Source: a virus. Taken from it: DNA of 64,000 nt. Made by a program: the position numbers and the translations under genes. The notes beneath the pieces are model-generated. The model was not told the DNA's origin, searched no databases, and saw nothing but the letters and a program-made list of their open reading frames with translations. Each line of letters begins with the position of its first letter. The first letter of the stretch is position 1. Positions 16,803 to 26,229 of the stretch are shown here, one piece after another. The stretch spans positions 1 through 64,000 of IMG/VR virus record IMGVR_UViG_3300031963_000072, one strand, 5' to 3'.

Positions 16803-17045
16803 TCACGTGTGACTCTTTACAATTTCTCTAATTAAAGATCTTAGGGCTCTAAGACTGCGTGTCTCTTCGAGAGAAGATTCTTCTAACGCAAGTTCTTTAA
16901 TAGCATTACGAAGGTCTTCATCAGACCACTTGCTTTGATCTAAGTGCGGGCGTACTCCATTTTTCTCTTTGTAGATATCAGAGAATTGCGACAAGAGTTG
17001 ATCCCTGTCCATCATGTCGACATTTTTAAAGAATTCTTCGTGCAT
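16803..17045 (-). CDS. hypothetical protein
   Basis: SDIYKEKNGVRP motif, C-terminal LRSLIREIV; ATAATTA upstream. Confidence 0.7.
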   Translation of the reverse strand: MHEEFFKNVDMMDRDQLLSQFSDIYKEKNGVRPHLDQSKWSDEDLRNAIKELALEESSLEETRSLRALRSLIREIVKSHT

Positions 17046-17054
17046 AACGTGTAA

Positions 17055-17885
17055 TTATCGACCACTCCAGAGATTGTCAAAGGAGGAGGTGAACTTCTCC
17101 CACGCACCTTCTTTTACCATGGAATTGAAACCGTAACCGGCGAACACTTCCTTGACGGTGTCCCAGTTCTTGGCGGGCACTGAAGAAGTCATCTGTATCA
17201 CCTCCTCTTCCGTCCACTCCTTGAACTTGATTAGGTCGTAGTTGCGATTGAAGATGGGCTCCACCTCCGACTTGGCCACGTATTCCTTGAGGAGGACTGG
17301 GTTGAGGGCGATCTTCTCAGCGGTCTTGTCACCGATGCCTGACACACCCGGGATGTTGTCTGTGGCATCGCCGCGGAGCGCTTTCCAGACCACATAGTCG
17401 TATTCAGGTGCTTCCACGAACTTCTTCTGGACTGGGTTATAGAGCTTGAGATTGGGATGGTCCTGCAGGAGCTGGATGAAATCCGTGTCGGAAGAGACGA
17501 GGACCCAGTCAACAGCGGAGGAAGATCGTTTGATCAGGTTGGCCAGGGTGTCGTCACACTCGCAGGTGGGGTGGCGGACCACGGAGACCGGAAAGTGCTT
17601 CTGAAGGAGGTCCACGATCACGTCCTTTTGCTTGAAGAACTTCTCCAGCTCCTTTGCGCGGGGGTCATCGGGCTCCACCTTACGGTTGGCCTTGTACTCG
17701 CCCATCGCCTCGTAGCGATGGACAGGTCGACCTTCGAGTGCCACGTAGATCCGTGTAGGTTTGAACTGATCGACCAGCGCCTTGAACTGACGGAAGAAGT
17801 TGAATACTACAGGCGCAGGACCCATCTGGAAGCCGCTTCGGGCACGGTGGGCCTGATTCATGAAATCGATTGCGAGAATGGTCAT
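17055..17885 (-). CDS. 5'-3' exonuclease / flap endonuclease (T4 RNase H-like)
   Basis: IDFMN, YKANR, ECDD, SSDTDF, GDATDNIPGVSGIGDKTA. Confidence 0.92.
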   Translation of the reverse strand: MTILAIDFMNQAHRARSGFQMGPAPVVFNFFRQFKALVDQFKPTRIYVALEGRPVHRYEAMGEYKANRKVEPDDPRAKELEKFFKQKDVIVDLLQKHFPVSVVRHPTCECDDTLANLIKRSSSAVDWVLVSSDTDFIQLLQDHPNLKLYNPVQKKFVEAPEYDYVVWKALRGDATDNIPGVSGIGDKTAEKIALNPVLLKEYVAKSEVEPIFNRNYDLIKFKEWTEEEVIQMTSSVPAKNWDTVKEVFAGYGFNSMVKEGAWEKFTSSFDNLWSGR

Positions 17886-17932
17886 GCACCTATCCTAACA
17901 TAGGGTGCTGGCAGTTTGCACTGCGCTGAAGT

Positions 17933-18196
17933 TTACTTGCGTCCGAGAATGTATTCGACTTTGGTCTTTGTGTATGGTCTAAGCGCGGGATCTGCAAGAA
18001 GCGCTGCAGCGCTCTCAGGGTCTAGGCCTCTAAGCTCCGCAGTGACAGCGCTGACTTGCTCTTGACCGCGCTGATAGGCGCGTGCATCATCAGACATCTG
18101 ATAGTCCCAGTCGACTCTGTTGAGTCTGTTGACGAGGTCTGCCATTTCTACTTCTTCCTTGATGATTTGCTTGAGTTCGCTGAGTCTGATCTTCAT
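17933..18196 (-). CDS. hypothetical protein with MKIRLSELKQIIKEE leader
   Basis: Leader peptide, DWDYQMSDD motif; ATAATTA upstream. Confidence 0.75.
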   Translation of the reverse strand: MKIRLSELKQIIKEEVEMADLVNRLNRVDWDYQMSDDARAYQRGQEQVSAVTAELRGLDPESAAALLADPALRPYTKTKVEYILGRK

Positions 18197-18214
18197 GTCT
18201 CTCTCCGCTGCTAA

Positions 18215-18361
18215 TTATTCGAGAGAAATGGAATATGGTACGTTTGGGAAGATTACAGAGACTTTATCCTGTGCCTCCACGTAGTCCTTGGCGTACAACG
18301 TGAACTCCTGAGTACGGCCATTGGTGTAGAAGAGGTGCGCTCGCCACTTGAGCATGGTCAT
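18215..18361 (-). CDS. hypothetical protein (48 aa, not in ORF track)
   Basis: MTMLKWRAHLFYTNGRTQEFTLYAKDYVEAQDKVSVIFPNVPYSISLE*; ATGA-coupled to the upstream gene. Confidence 0.55.
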   Translation of the reverse strand: MTMLKWRAHLFYTNGRTQEFTLYAKDYVEAQDKVSVIFPNVPYSISLE

Positions 18362-18549
18362 TCTGACACCCCCAATTCTTCGTTGTCGAAGTGGAAGTAC
18401 TCATCGATGGCATTGCCGATCTCACGGATTACGTGCTCTCGGATCATCGCCTCCGTGGGATTGTCAGTGTGCTTGTGGGCACGCTGCCAACCCCACTCGA
18501 AGCCCTCTTCGAGGGCACGCTGTAGAACTCTGTAGGATTTCACTCTCAT
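18358..18549 (-). CDS. hypothetical phage protein
   Basis: GWQRAHKHTDNP motif; coupled overlaps. Confidence 0.7.
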   Translation of the reverse strand: MRVKSYRVLQRALEEGFEWGWQRAHKHTDNPTEAMIREHVIREIGNAIDEYFHFDNEELGVSE

Positions 18550-19130
18550 TGTTGCCTCACATACTTCTTGATGACGTTGCGACCAGTGCGTTCGACCGGC
18601 GGGACAAAGTCCATTTCGAGCAGGTCAAAGAAGTCTTGCTCCTCGTAGACCGGGAGTTGAGTACCGTCAGGCATAGTAGGCATAACTTCTGTCATGCGGC
18701 CGCCACCTGACAGCTTCTTCCACCGAGCAAAACATCCAGGAGTGAAGCCGTTGAATGCATTACCGTCAGAACCTGCAGCGCTACCGGTACGCATGAGAAA
18801 GAGACCGCCCCAGTTCTCAGGCTTGGCAATAAAGAGGTCGAGGTTCATTCCTTCATTAAGTCGAACACGAACATACCGTGAGTCAGGCTTTGGAGTCCAC
18901 GGAATGACTCCAGGAACGCTTGGTTTAATCGTTTGACCGACATCGCCTAGCAATTGTAGAAGTTTTTCTCTGTCAGCCACAATAGCAACCAGCTCGATGT
19001 CACCAACGACGGGCTTCTCCCGCCGAATAGAACCTGCAATCTCGATCCTATCCATTGCAGGAGCAATGTGATTGCGAACCTTGTCAGCGATGTTACGTGC
19101 TTCGGATAGTTCGATCTTGCCAATTCCCAT
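18546..19130 (-). CDS. minimal DNA polymerase X-family protein
   Basis: IAGSIRR, GDIELV, DLF, RTGS, E..F..L.M.FVPPVER. Confidence 0.85.
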   Translation of the reverse strand: MGIGKIELSEARNIADKVRNHIAPAMDRIEIAGSIRREKPVVGDIELVAIVADREKLLQLLGDVGQTIKPSVPGVIPWTPKPDSRYVRVRLNEGMNLDLFIAKPENWGGLFLMRTGSAAGSDGNAFNGFTPGCFARWKKLSGGGRMTEVMPTMPDGTQLPVYEEQDFFDLLEMDFVPPVERTGRNVIKKYVRQQ

Positions 19131-19251
19131 GAATCTAGGATATCATAACAAGATCGAACTTTTCACAAGTTCACGCAACATTTTTAACTTTACGTCAAAG
19201 CTGCCACTTCCAGCAGTTTTTCAACATTGTTGATGATGTTGAAATAACAAT

Positions 19252-19722
19252 TTAAAACTTTGGAAGTTTGACTCTTACTACGGATCCGTCAGGCATTGTC
19301 ACTGTGGAATCATCTTCATGATCTTCGACAACATTTTTTCTATTTAACAAGTGAGACTGCTGAAGCATAGAATCGTTTCTTGTAACGAAATCGGGAAGAT
19401 TCTGGATTGTTTGTGGTGTGACGTGTGATTTAGGACCCGCATACCACACGTTTGACTTGTCTAAAGCATTGTCTATCAGCTTGTTGACTTGGGCGGTCGC
19501 TCTTTGTATTAGTGTCTGCCTGAGAATTTCAGGAGATTCAAAAACTTCTCCATCGACTTGATCGAAAGTTAATTTCGTCTCTTTCTCAGGACCAGCCTGA
19601 AGAATGTAACTAACTTCTTCGCCTGCTAGAGTTTTTTTGGTTATGACCTCTACCACTTGCATTGGGTAGACTTGACTTTTCTTGTTGAGAATGAAGAAGA
19701 GAACTTGACCAACAGTGTACAT
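19252..19722 (-). CDS. hypothetical protein (N-terminal KOW-like)
   Basis: YTVGQVLF start; MPDGS C-terminal motif. Confidence 0.7.
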   Translation of the reverse strand: MYTVGQVLFFILNKKSQVYPMQVVEVITKKTLAGEEVSYILQAGPEKETKLTFDQVDGEVFESPEILRQTLIQRATAQVNKLIDNALDKSNVWYAGPKSHVTPQTIQNLPDFVTRNDSMLQQSHLLNRKNVVEDHEDDSTVTMPDGSVVRVKLPKF

Positions 19723-19724
19723 AA

Positions 19725-20063
19725 TCAGCCCTCTTCAAAATTCTCTTCTGCGGACTCTTCTTCTTCAGATCCGTCAGAAGAAAGGTGGAAAACGCTCATG
19801 GGAGGCGGACCAACAGGAGCAACTATGTAATCCGGAGCTTCATCATTAACAGGGACGTTAGCGGCTTCACAAATGGCAGCAATCTTGTCCCAGAGCTTCT
19901 CTTCAAGAAATGCTCTGTCTTCAAGGTCTGCCAAATGCTGGCTGAGAGTCTTATTTACGTCCGGAGGCAAGACGACACTGAACAGATCTCTTAGATGAGC
20001 AATTTCTGTGCGAGTGAGTCGCAAATCATAGGTCTTGCGCTTCTTAATCTTTTCCTTCTTCAT
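19725..20063 (-). CDS. hypothetical protein
   Basis: ORF in a coupled operon. Confidence 0.65.
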   Translation of the reverse strand: MKKEKIKKRKTYDLRLTRTEIAHLRDLFSVVLPPDVNKTLSQHLADLEDRAFLEEKLWDKIAAICEAANVPVNDEAPDYIVAPVGPPPMSVFHLSSDGSEEEESAEENFEEG

Positions 20064-20263
20064 GGAGTCTCCTGATACCTGCTTCCAGGCTGATTTGGTT
20101 CATTAGAATCTGTACACTCAAATTTGTGACTTGTAGCGTGAGGACACCGCTTGTTACCGCACTTGATGCAGACTACCATCCTGTACAATACGGGGTTATC
20201 AATTCCAAGTTCAGGCCTGTTGATGCAATTGTAACAAGCGGTACACCTCTCTTCTTCCATCAC
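20060..20263 (-). CDS. small Cys/His-rich phage protein
   Basis: CxxCGNKRCPHA..H...C..SNEP.QPGS. Confidence 0.7.
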   Translation of the reverse strand: MMEEERCTACYNCINRPELGIDNPVLYRMVVCIKCGNKRCPHATSHKFECTDSNEPNQPGSRYQETP

Positions 20264-20553
20264 GCCTCCGCCGGATCTACGAGAGCTTCCATGAAGAGGT
20301 CGAAAGTATCCTTGTGATCCACAGAAGACTGGATCTTGACGACCTTAAGCGCAGCTTGAAGTGTCTTCATGTCAAGCTTCTCCGAATATTCCTCTATGAC
20401 AGATTTCCTGTCCTCCTTGAGGAGTTCCATCTCGTTGTCAATATTTTCAATACGACCTACAAACTCCTTGACGAGATCGCGAAGTGCATTGATCTCATCA
20501 GGTTGAAGATGTGCTACGTTGTATTGCTCAGGTGATTGCTTCTTCTTGGGCAT
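20260..20553 (-). CDS. GapR/DsbA (DUF2312)-like dsDNA-binding protein
   Basis: LRxxVxRIExxxxE...EDRKxV...DxKTL pattern. Confidence 0.7.
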   Translation of the reverse strand: MPKKKQSPEQYNVAHLQPDEINALRDLVKEFVGRIENIDNEMELLKEDRKSVIEEYSEKLDMKTLQAALKVVKIQSSVDHKDTFDLFMEALVDPAEA

Positions 20554-20585
20554 GCATCTATGATACTACCCCAACTAGAAATTGT

Positions 20586-21626
20586 TCAGAGAGACTTGAT
20601 TTTTTGAATCACTTCCCTAAAGTCTGAAACGTACGGGGACTCTTCTGGAATACCAGCGCTTAAGACACTATCGACCTGTGACTGCAGATTTTTTATGTAG
20701 AAGTCCTTCATTGACTTTCTAGTCGCATTTATTAACATTTTTTCTGCAGCTTCTTTTTCTTCTCCCTGAAGCTGTTTAATCTTTTCTGCTTCGGGAATCT
20801 TCTTTCCAGTTATGCGCTCAAGATCTTCTATCGTTCTGGAGTCTTTTAGTATTTGAACAGCTTGCGCATAGACATTTTTTAGAGAATTTTTGTAAATTTT
20901 GCTAGCAGCATCTTGTATTGCCTGGAAGTCACGAGATCCTGAAAGCGCCTTTCTTAGGAATTTCTTGTTGCTGAGTATCTTTTTTGCAGCTTCTTCCTCA
21001 GACACTTCTCTCAAAATGGATTCACCAACAGACTTCCTTCTAGCTGAATCTCCGAAATTATTACTCATAACCTTGTCAAAAAGAGAATCCGAAGCGCCCC
21101 CTGTTAAAACAGAAAGCACGTCTTTGGCTACTCCGGGCGCCTTATGAAGAGCCAATGCAGAGAGGGCAAGATCAGGCGCAGTCATGAATGCAACGAAAGC
21201 AGCGTCTGTCGAACTGAGCGCCTTGTTAGTGCGTTCATATACGTCCTTGTATTGGCTTCTAATCTTATTGATGTCTTCCTTCTCTTTTCTGAAAATTTCA
21301 GAGTATCTGGCTCCGAGAACGGGTATGAGCGTCGTTAAGATTGTAGCAAATCCAACCGTAAGAAGAGTCCTTCCTTTTCTCGTGATTTCCTTGGACTTGC
21401 CAACGGCAGTCTTAAAAACGTCAGTGAAGGGAGTTATAAAAGTATTCTTTAAATCTTCTTTGCTACCAAATGCCATTCCGTGTGGACCAGCAGCTGCGGA
21501 TATGTCACCGGCAGATATGCCGGCGTCAGAGAGAGTAGAAGCTCCAAAGGAATCTTCTGACAGTAAAGTTCTTACATACTCTTTTAAAAGGTGAGAATCA
21601 GAATCAGCAGCTTTATTTTTTGACAT
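20586..21626 (-). CDS. hypothetical protein (LLKEYVRTLLSE leader)
   Basis: Long ORF; start moved to MSKNK. Confidence 0.75.
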   Translation of the reverse strand: MSKNKAADSDSHLLKEYVRTLLSEDSFGASTLSDAGISAGDISAAAGPHGMAFGSKEDLKNTFITPFTDVFKTAVGKSKEITRKGRTLLTVGFATILTTLIPVLGARYSEIFRKEKEDINKIRSQYKDVYERTNKALSSTDAAFVAFMTAPDLALSALALHKAPGVAKDVLSVLTGGASDSLFDKVMSNNFGDSARRKSVGESILREVSEEEAAKKILSNKKFLRKALSGSRDFQAIQDAASKIYKNSLKNVYAQAVQILKDSRTIEDLERITGKKIPEAEKIKQLQGEEKEAAEKMLINATRKSMKDFYIKNLQSQVDSVLSAGIPEESPYVSDFREVIQKIKSL

Positions 21627-22800
21627 TTGACGTTCGCTTTCTAGAAGCCACCTTCTTTTCTTTGTCCCCGAGATGTGACAAAACCTGAGATTCTGCATCT
21701 GCTGCGAGGCCAATTCTCCCTCCTTGCGTAAAAAATTTCACGCCAAGTGCACTCTTTGGAGAAAAAGTAAAAGCTCCATTGTGATACCAAATTATTCCTT
21801 CAGCTTCACCTACAGCAGCTTCAACTGCCGCAGCGCTTATCAAACGATATAATTCTGTGATCGAAAGAGATCCATAAGTGGAAGGGTAAGAATTGGAAAG
21901 AGCACCGAGTATCTCTGGAAGAAGTTTGGCGAAATCTTTCATTCCCATCTCAGCAAATTTAGAAATGTCAATGACGCCCGTCCTTGCAATTTGCTTTAAA
22001 ATGGGGGTGTTGGTAATTAATTTGTCGGAAGTAGAACCCATCTTGCTTCCAACACTCGGCTTACCTTCTTTTACGTGCCAGGTGGCCGTTCCTATCGTCA
22101 CGTCATACGGGCTGTTAGAGCTTCCTAATTTTGTTTCGGGGAACATTAGCGGTAATGCAAGTTCACCTCTGCCTATTTGAGTACCTGCCGTCACAGAGGT
22201 TCTTAAGTCTGCTATCTCTTGAAGGACTTCAGGGACTTCTACGACGCCAACAGGTTGCCTATTTTCTTTGTCTGATAAAATTGCAGATATTTCAGCTGGA
22301 TAGCTCCTTGAGAAAAATTTCTTCAAAACATTTTGAATTGCTGCATTTTGAGGATAGCTTTCACTCAAGAGTCTTTCAATTTCGATTGCAACTTCAGGAT
22401 GTTGATCATATCCTGATAGAAAAGATTCTGGGTCAAACTTCTTGATTCCAAGCTCTTTGCTTATGAAGTCTTTCAATAGATCTAGCTTGTCATCCGGTAT
22501 GTCGTAGTCCTCGTCGCCAATTTTTACATAGGATTCGCTAAGTTCTTCCCGAAGTCTTGCTGAGTGCCTCTTTGCAGAGGAAAGTTCTGACTTTAGTTTT
22601 GAAATTAGCCTAGAGTAATTTGCTCGAGCCTCTGAACCTCTACGCTGTCTGTCTCTCCAGCGAACTAGATCTACAATTCTCATTTCGAGATCTTCTATGT
22701 GTTCCTGAGAACCCCAGGGTGCCTTACCGTCTGTTACGTCGGCTTCGCGAATTCTTGTCTCAACAAGTAAGCTTACGTAGCTTTTTAAAGCTTCAATCAT
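21613..22800 (-). CDS. hypothetical protein, possible PD-(D/E)xK-like domain
   Basis: GRGE..PYDV..HVK; N-terminal ALKSYVSLLVE. Confidence 0.65.
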   Translation of the reverse strand: MIEALKSYVSLLVETRIREADVTDGKAPWGSQEHIEDLEMRIVDLVRWRDRQRRGSEARANYSRLISKLKSELSSAKRHSARLREELSESYVKIGDEDYDIPDDKLDLLKDFISKELGIKKFDPESFLSGYDQHPEVAIEIERLLSESYPQNAAIQNVLKKFFSRSYPAEISAILSDKENRQPVGVVEVPEVLQEIADLRTSVTAGTQIGRGELALPLMFPETKLGSSNSPYDVTIGTATWHVKEGKPSVGSKMGSTSDKLITNTPILKQIARTGVIDISKFAEMGMKDFAKLLPEILGALSNSYPSTYGSLSITELYRLISAAAVEAAVGEAEGIIWYHNGAFTFSPKSALGVKFFTQGGRIGLAADAESQVLSHLGDKEKKVASRKRTSNVKK

Positions 22801-22984
22801 CTGTGTCTCCGGCTGCATTTTTCATCGCAGCAATCAGGTAATACTTGATGTGAACATCTGTGACGCTTTCGGCGTCTTTTAAGTTGAAAGCTTCTCTAAC
22901 TCTTTCCACAAGCTGAGAAGAAACATCAACAGATGCGACTTGACCGCTCTTCATGGCTAATTCGACGGTTCTTGAGGCTATCAT
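22793..22984 (-). CDS. hypothetical protein
   Basis: Short ORF in operon. Confidence 0.55.
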   Translation of the reverse strand: MIASRTVELAMKSGQVASVDVSSQLVERVREAFNLKDAESVTDVHIKYYLIAAMKNAAGDTDD

Positions 22985-22989
22985 TTTTC

Positions 22990-23571
22990 TTACTTCTTTT
23001 TTGGAGAAATAGGAACGGGTCCTGATGTATCTTCTGCTGAAGGACTCTTCTCGACCTTGTCTTTTTCAGGTGCCTTTATAACATTCGGCTTAATTGTTCT
23101 TTTTTCACCACCAGCTTCTGATTTTTTCATTTCTACGCTAGCGGGAGTGTCGCTGGGATCTGTTGCTTGATCGGGAGATATTTCTCCCGTGACTATTTGA
23201 CTCAAGCCCTTCAAGAAAGCAAGTAGTGCAGTTTTTTCAGCCTGACTAAGGCTGTTGACGTATTCGTCCATCTTTCCTTCTATTGCAGAATCTTTAAAAG
23301 ACTTTCCTGCTCGAATAGTGTTGAGTTTATCCACTATGTCTTTCGTGGTAATCTCACCTTTTTTCAGCTTCTCTTTCTCAGAATCGACAGTCTTTGAAGA
23401 TTGCTGCTGGTCATTTGAAGAAGCTTCCTCGTCTTCTTCTTCAAGCGGAGCTTGACGATTCTTTTCTTCAACAGCGTTTCTATACAGTTTTGACTTGATG
23501 CTCTCTTTGACAATCTCTTCGATTGCCTTAGAGAGAGACTTTTTTGTTTGAACCTTTGAGATTTTTTCCAT
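22990..23571 (-). CDS. hypothetical protein
   Basis: KLNTIRAGKS motif; ATATTTA upstream. Confidence 0.75.
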   Translation of the reverse strand: MEKISKVQTKKSLSKAIEEIVKESIKSKLYRNAVEEKNRQAPLEEEDEEASSNDQQQSSKTVDSEKEKLKKGEITTKDIVDKLNTIRAGKSFKDSAIEGKMDEYVNSLSQAEKTALLAFLKGLSQIVTGEISPDQATDPSDTPASVEMKKSEAGGEKRTIKPNVIKAPEKDKVEKSPSAEDTSGPVPISPKKK

Positions 23572-23597
23572 GAGATTGCACCACAGCTTAAATATGA

Positions 23598-23990
23598 TCA
23601 GCTTTTGATTAGATCAACGCCAAGAACACACATCTTATTTTGTCTGTCAATTTCGAGCATCTTCGTTGAAGTAACATCAAAGGGGCCTTCAATACATAGC
23701 TCATCATTACCAAAGCGCAGGTAGAGCACCCTGCAGGAAAGCTTGCTGTTCGAGACTTCTTTAATGACTTGATATGCTTCATTCAGGCTGGTATATATGT
23801 CTACCTTTAGACACTGACAATTATTTTCTATGGAAATTCCTGACAAATTTCCTAGTATTAGATCGAATTCAAATTCAAGAGCAACGACAAAAGAACTATC
23901 ACTTGGTTTTTCGGTCACTTCTTGGTCGAGGTCTTGTATTCTACCTCGCAAAGAATCACTCATAATAAGTCTATCGTCATCTTGAATCAT
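23598..23990 (-). CDS. hypothetical protein
   Basis: ORF in operon. Confidence 0.65.
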   Translation of the reverse strand: MIQDDDRLIMSDSLRGRIQDLDQEVTEKPSDSSFVVALEFEFDLILGNLSGISIENNCQCLKVDIYTSLNEAYQVIKEVSNSKLSCRVLYLRFGNDELCIEGPFDVTSTKMLEIDRQNKMCVLGVDLIKS

Positions 23991-24357
23991 GGGATAGACT
24001 ATACACTACGTCTTTGTATAGTTCATCTGCATGTCTTGCATACTCGCGATCGAGCTCAGTAATCTGATCTAAATTATGTGTCTGAAGCGTGAGAGTAACT
24101 TCTTCATACTGCACAGTGATCGTGGCGTGATGACCAGCTTTTTCTTCGTGGATTAAAAGCTGTCTTACGAAGTCATTTCTTAATTCATTAGAAATAAACT
24201 TAAATGTCTTAATAAGAGAATTATTTGACTTTTTCCATCTGTCAGTCGCTATGACAGGTACGTCTTTCCCACGAGGAGTAACAGGTAGCTTGCCAAAGTC
24301 CATTGGCCTTCTTGCTCTATCAAGAAACTCTTCGTGAAGACGTCTCAGGTGACTCAT
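23977..24357 (-). CDS. pterin-4a-carbinolamine dehydratase-like protein
   Basis: KTFKF, GHHATI, THNLDQITELD; start moved to MSHLRR (ATGA overlap). Confidence 0.8.
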   Translation of the reverse strand: MSHLRRLHEEFLDRARRPMDFGKLPVTPRGKDVPVIATDRWKKSNNSLIKTFKFISNELRNDFVRQLLIHEEKAGHHATITVQYEEVTLTLQTHNLDQITELDREYARHADELYKDVVYSLSHDSR

Positions 24358-25109
24358 AAAATGACACAGCCTCCAACAACCGCAGCCTCGGTGAAAGAGG
24401 ATCCGTGGGTCCAAACGTTCTTCTTTCTATCGATCACGCAAGAGCCTCCCTTGAACTTGAGATCGCGCTCCTTGCCTACACGGTTAGAGACAACCACATT
24501 AGCGCTTGTCTCCTCGGCGAGTTCGACCCACGTGGAGTCTGGATAACCATAGTCAGATCCCCAGTTTGTGAGAAGTGCGATCGTGTCCACTGAACCCTTC
24601 TTGTAGAAACGCTGTTCGTTCTTGTAGAACTTATACGAGTCTCTGTAATTGTTCATCACGTCGCGACAGATTAGGACACCTGTGCGACCTGCTCGGGTCA
24701 CGATGACTGGGTGGAGCTGTTCAGAAGACTCAGCCCAGAGGTTGTCTGAGCCCCATAGATTGTGCTTCTGGCAATTCCCAACTAATCCGCTTGGTCCAAC
24801 AATGGCTGCAGAATTATAGAATTTTCCTTCACACACCTCAACATATCCGAACACGATGTGTGTATTGAAACGCTGAGCTATAGGAAGGAATGCTTCAGTC
24901 TGGTAGCCGTTCTTGTTCTGCGCGCAGTCCGCGGCTTCTCGCTTGCTGTTGAGAACGTAACCGCTAAGGCACAACTCTGGGAGGACGACCAGAGATGCAC
25001 CTTTAGCGGCAGCCTCGAAAACAAGCTGAGTGGCTGTCTGGAGATTGGCATAAACATCGTGCAATTCGGGCTTGAACTGCACGGCGGCTACGATAGGAGT
25101 TTCCATCAT
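24354..25109 (-). CDS. carbon-nitrogen hydrolase (nitrilase superfamily)
   Basis: Triad Glu (LPEL), Lys (QKHNL), Cys (ICRD); NRVG, GGS. Confidence 0.9.
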   Translation of the reverse strand: MMETPIVAAVQFKPELHDVYANLQTATQLVFEAAAKGASLVVLPELCLSGYVLNSKREAADCAQNKNGYQTEAFLPIAQRFNTHIVFGYVEVCEGKFYNSAAIVGPSGLVGNCQKHNLWGSDNLWAESSEQLHPVIVTRAGRTGVLICRDVMNNYRDSYKFYKNEQRFYKKGSVDTIALLTNWGSDYGYPDSTWVELAEETSANVVVSNRVGKERDLKFKGGSCVIDRKKNVWTHGSSFTEAAVVGGCVIL

Positions 25110-26146
25110 TCCTCTTCAGCACATCTCGTGCAGATTCTTGGATAGCCTTTGCCGCCGTTTGACTCGTATTCCTTCTTGTCGCTGAGCTTCATGTTCTTGC
25201 CGCACTCAGGACATTTTGGACCCGACTCAGTCTTCTTTTCAGTAGCTTCGCTGACCTCGCCGGCGGAGTTCACGTATGGAGCTCCTGGAGCGACGAGGCG
25301 CATCTCACGCTTGACGTACTTGTCAAGGAACTCACGGAAACCGTCAAGCTCAGACACCATGTTCGGATGGTCTTTCATGAGCTGTACGTCAGCAGAAGTG
25401 AGCTCACCCGAGCTGTTGAGAAAATCAATGTAATCACTCATAGCTTTGAGGACAACAATTTGAAGATCGTCTTGATCCATTTTCGAAGCAAACTTGACCT
25501 TTGCCATCGCTTTTTCTGCAGCCTGTTTTGCACCCGACTCAGAAGCGTATCCAAGTTCCTGAGCTATCTGCTTGAAAGATGCACCGCCAATGTCTGTCTG
25601 CATAACATTCTTTCTCTCACGACCAGCCGCAGGTGCGTCGGCTCTAACCATGGGTGCAGCGTCTTCATCATCTCGCCACTTATCCATCACGCCCTTGAGC
25701 TTGGACTTTCTCTTTTCGAGGTTACGCATATATTCTCCGCCATGGACTCCCGCTGGGATCTTTTTGACGGGAGGAAGCTCAGCTTCCTTTAGTATTTTAC
25801 GGATCACGGCCCTAACTGTCTCTTCGACCTTCTTGTCGTTCTTCATTTGTTCGTCCTCTTCTTGTGTTTTTTCGATTGCATCTTTCATAGCGCTAAAGAT
25901 GTCTTCAGCACAGTCATCAGATATGTCGTCAATCATGCCAGACAAAGCAGCACGTAATTCTTTTCTATTTGCAGGTTTGAAGTTGGAATTTTCTGGATTA
26001 GTGACTGCAGCTGACGGATCTACAACAGCAGAGACTGAAACAGGGGAGTCTGAGAGATCAGACGTAGACTCCCAGCCGACCGAAGGATTCATCATGGATT
26101 CGCGTATAAGCTCTCTAATTGCTTTTTCTGTCGTAATGATCTTCAT
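25106..26146 (-). CDS. hypothetical protein with HTH-like segment and C-terminal Zn ribbon
   Basis: Leader MKIITTEKAIRELIRE, SFKQIAQELG, CPECG..CTRC; start moved to 26146. Confidence 0.7.
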   Translation of the reverse strand: MKIITTEKAIRELIRESMMNPSVGWESTSDLSDSPVSVSAVVDPSAAVTNPENSNFKPANRKELRAALSGMIDDISDDCAEDIFSAMKDAIEKTQEEDEQMKNDKKVEETVRAVIRKILKEAELPPVKKIPAGVHGGEYMRNLEKRKSKLKGVMDKWRDDEDAAPMVRADAPAAGRERKNVMQTDIGGASFKQIAQELGYASESGAKQAAEKAMAKVKFASKMDQDDLQIVVLKAMSDYIDFLNSSGELTSADVQLMKDHPNMVSELDGFREFLDKYVKREMRLVAPGAPYVNSAGEVSEATEKKTESGPKCPECGKNMKLSDKKEYESNGGKGYPRICTRCAEEE

Positions 26147-26229
26147 CTCTTGCTCAAATTGAAAGATTGCAGTGAATTGCAGCAATTTGGATTACTACAT
26201 TAACTGCTATGTTAAGTATTATTCATACA

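Noticed and set aside
19219-19243. Inverted repeat TTCAACAT...ATGTTGAA
   Set aside because: AT-rich, single occurrence; may be a weak terminator or operator but cannot be supported.
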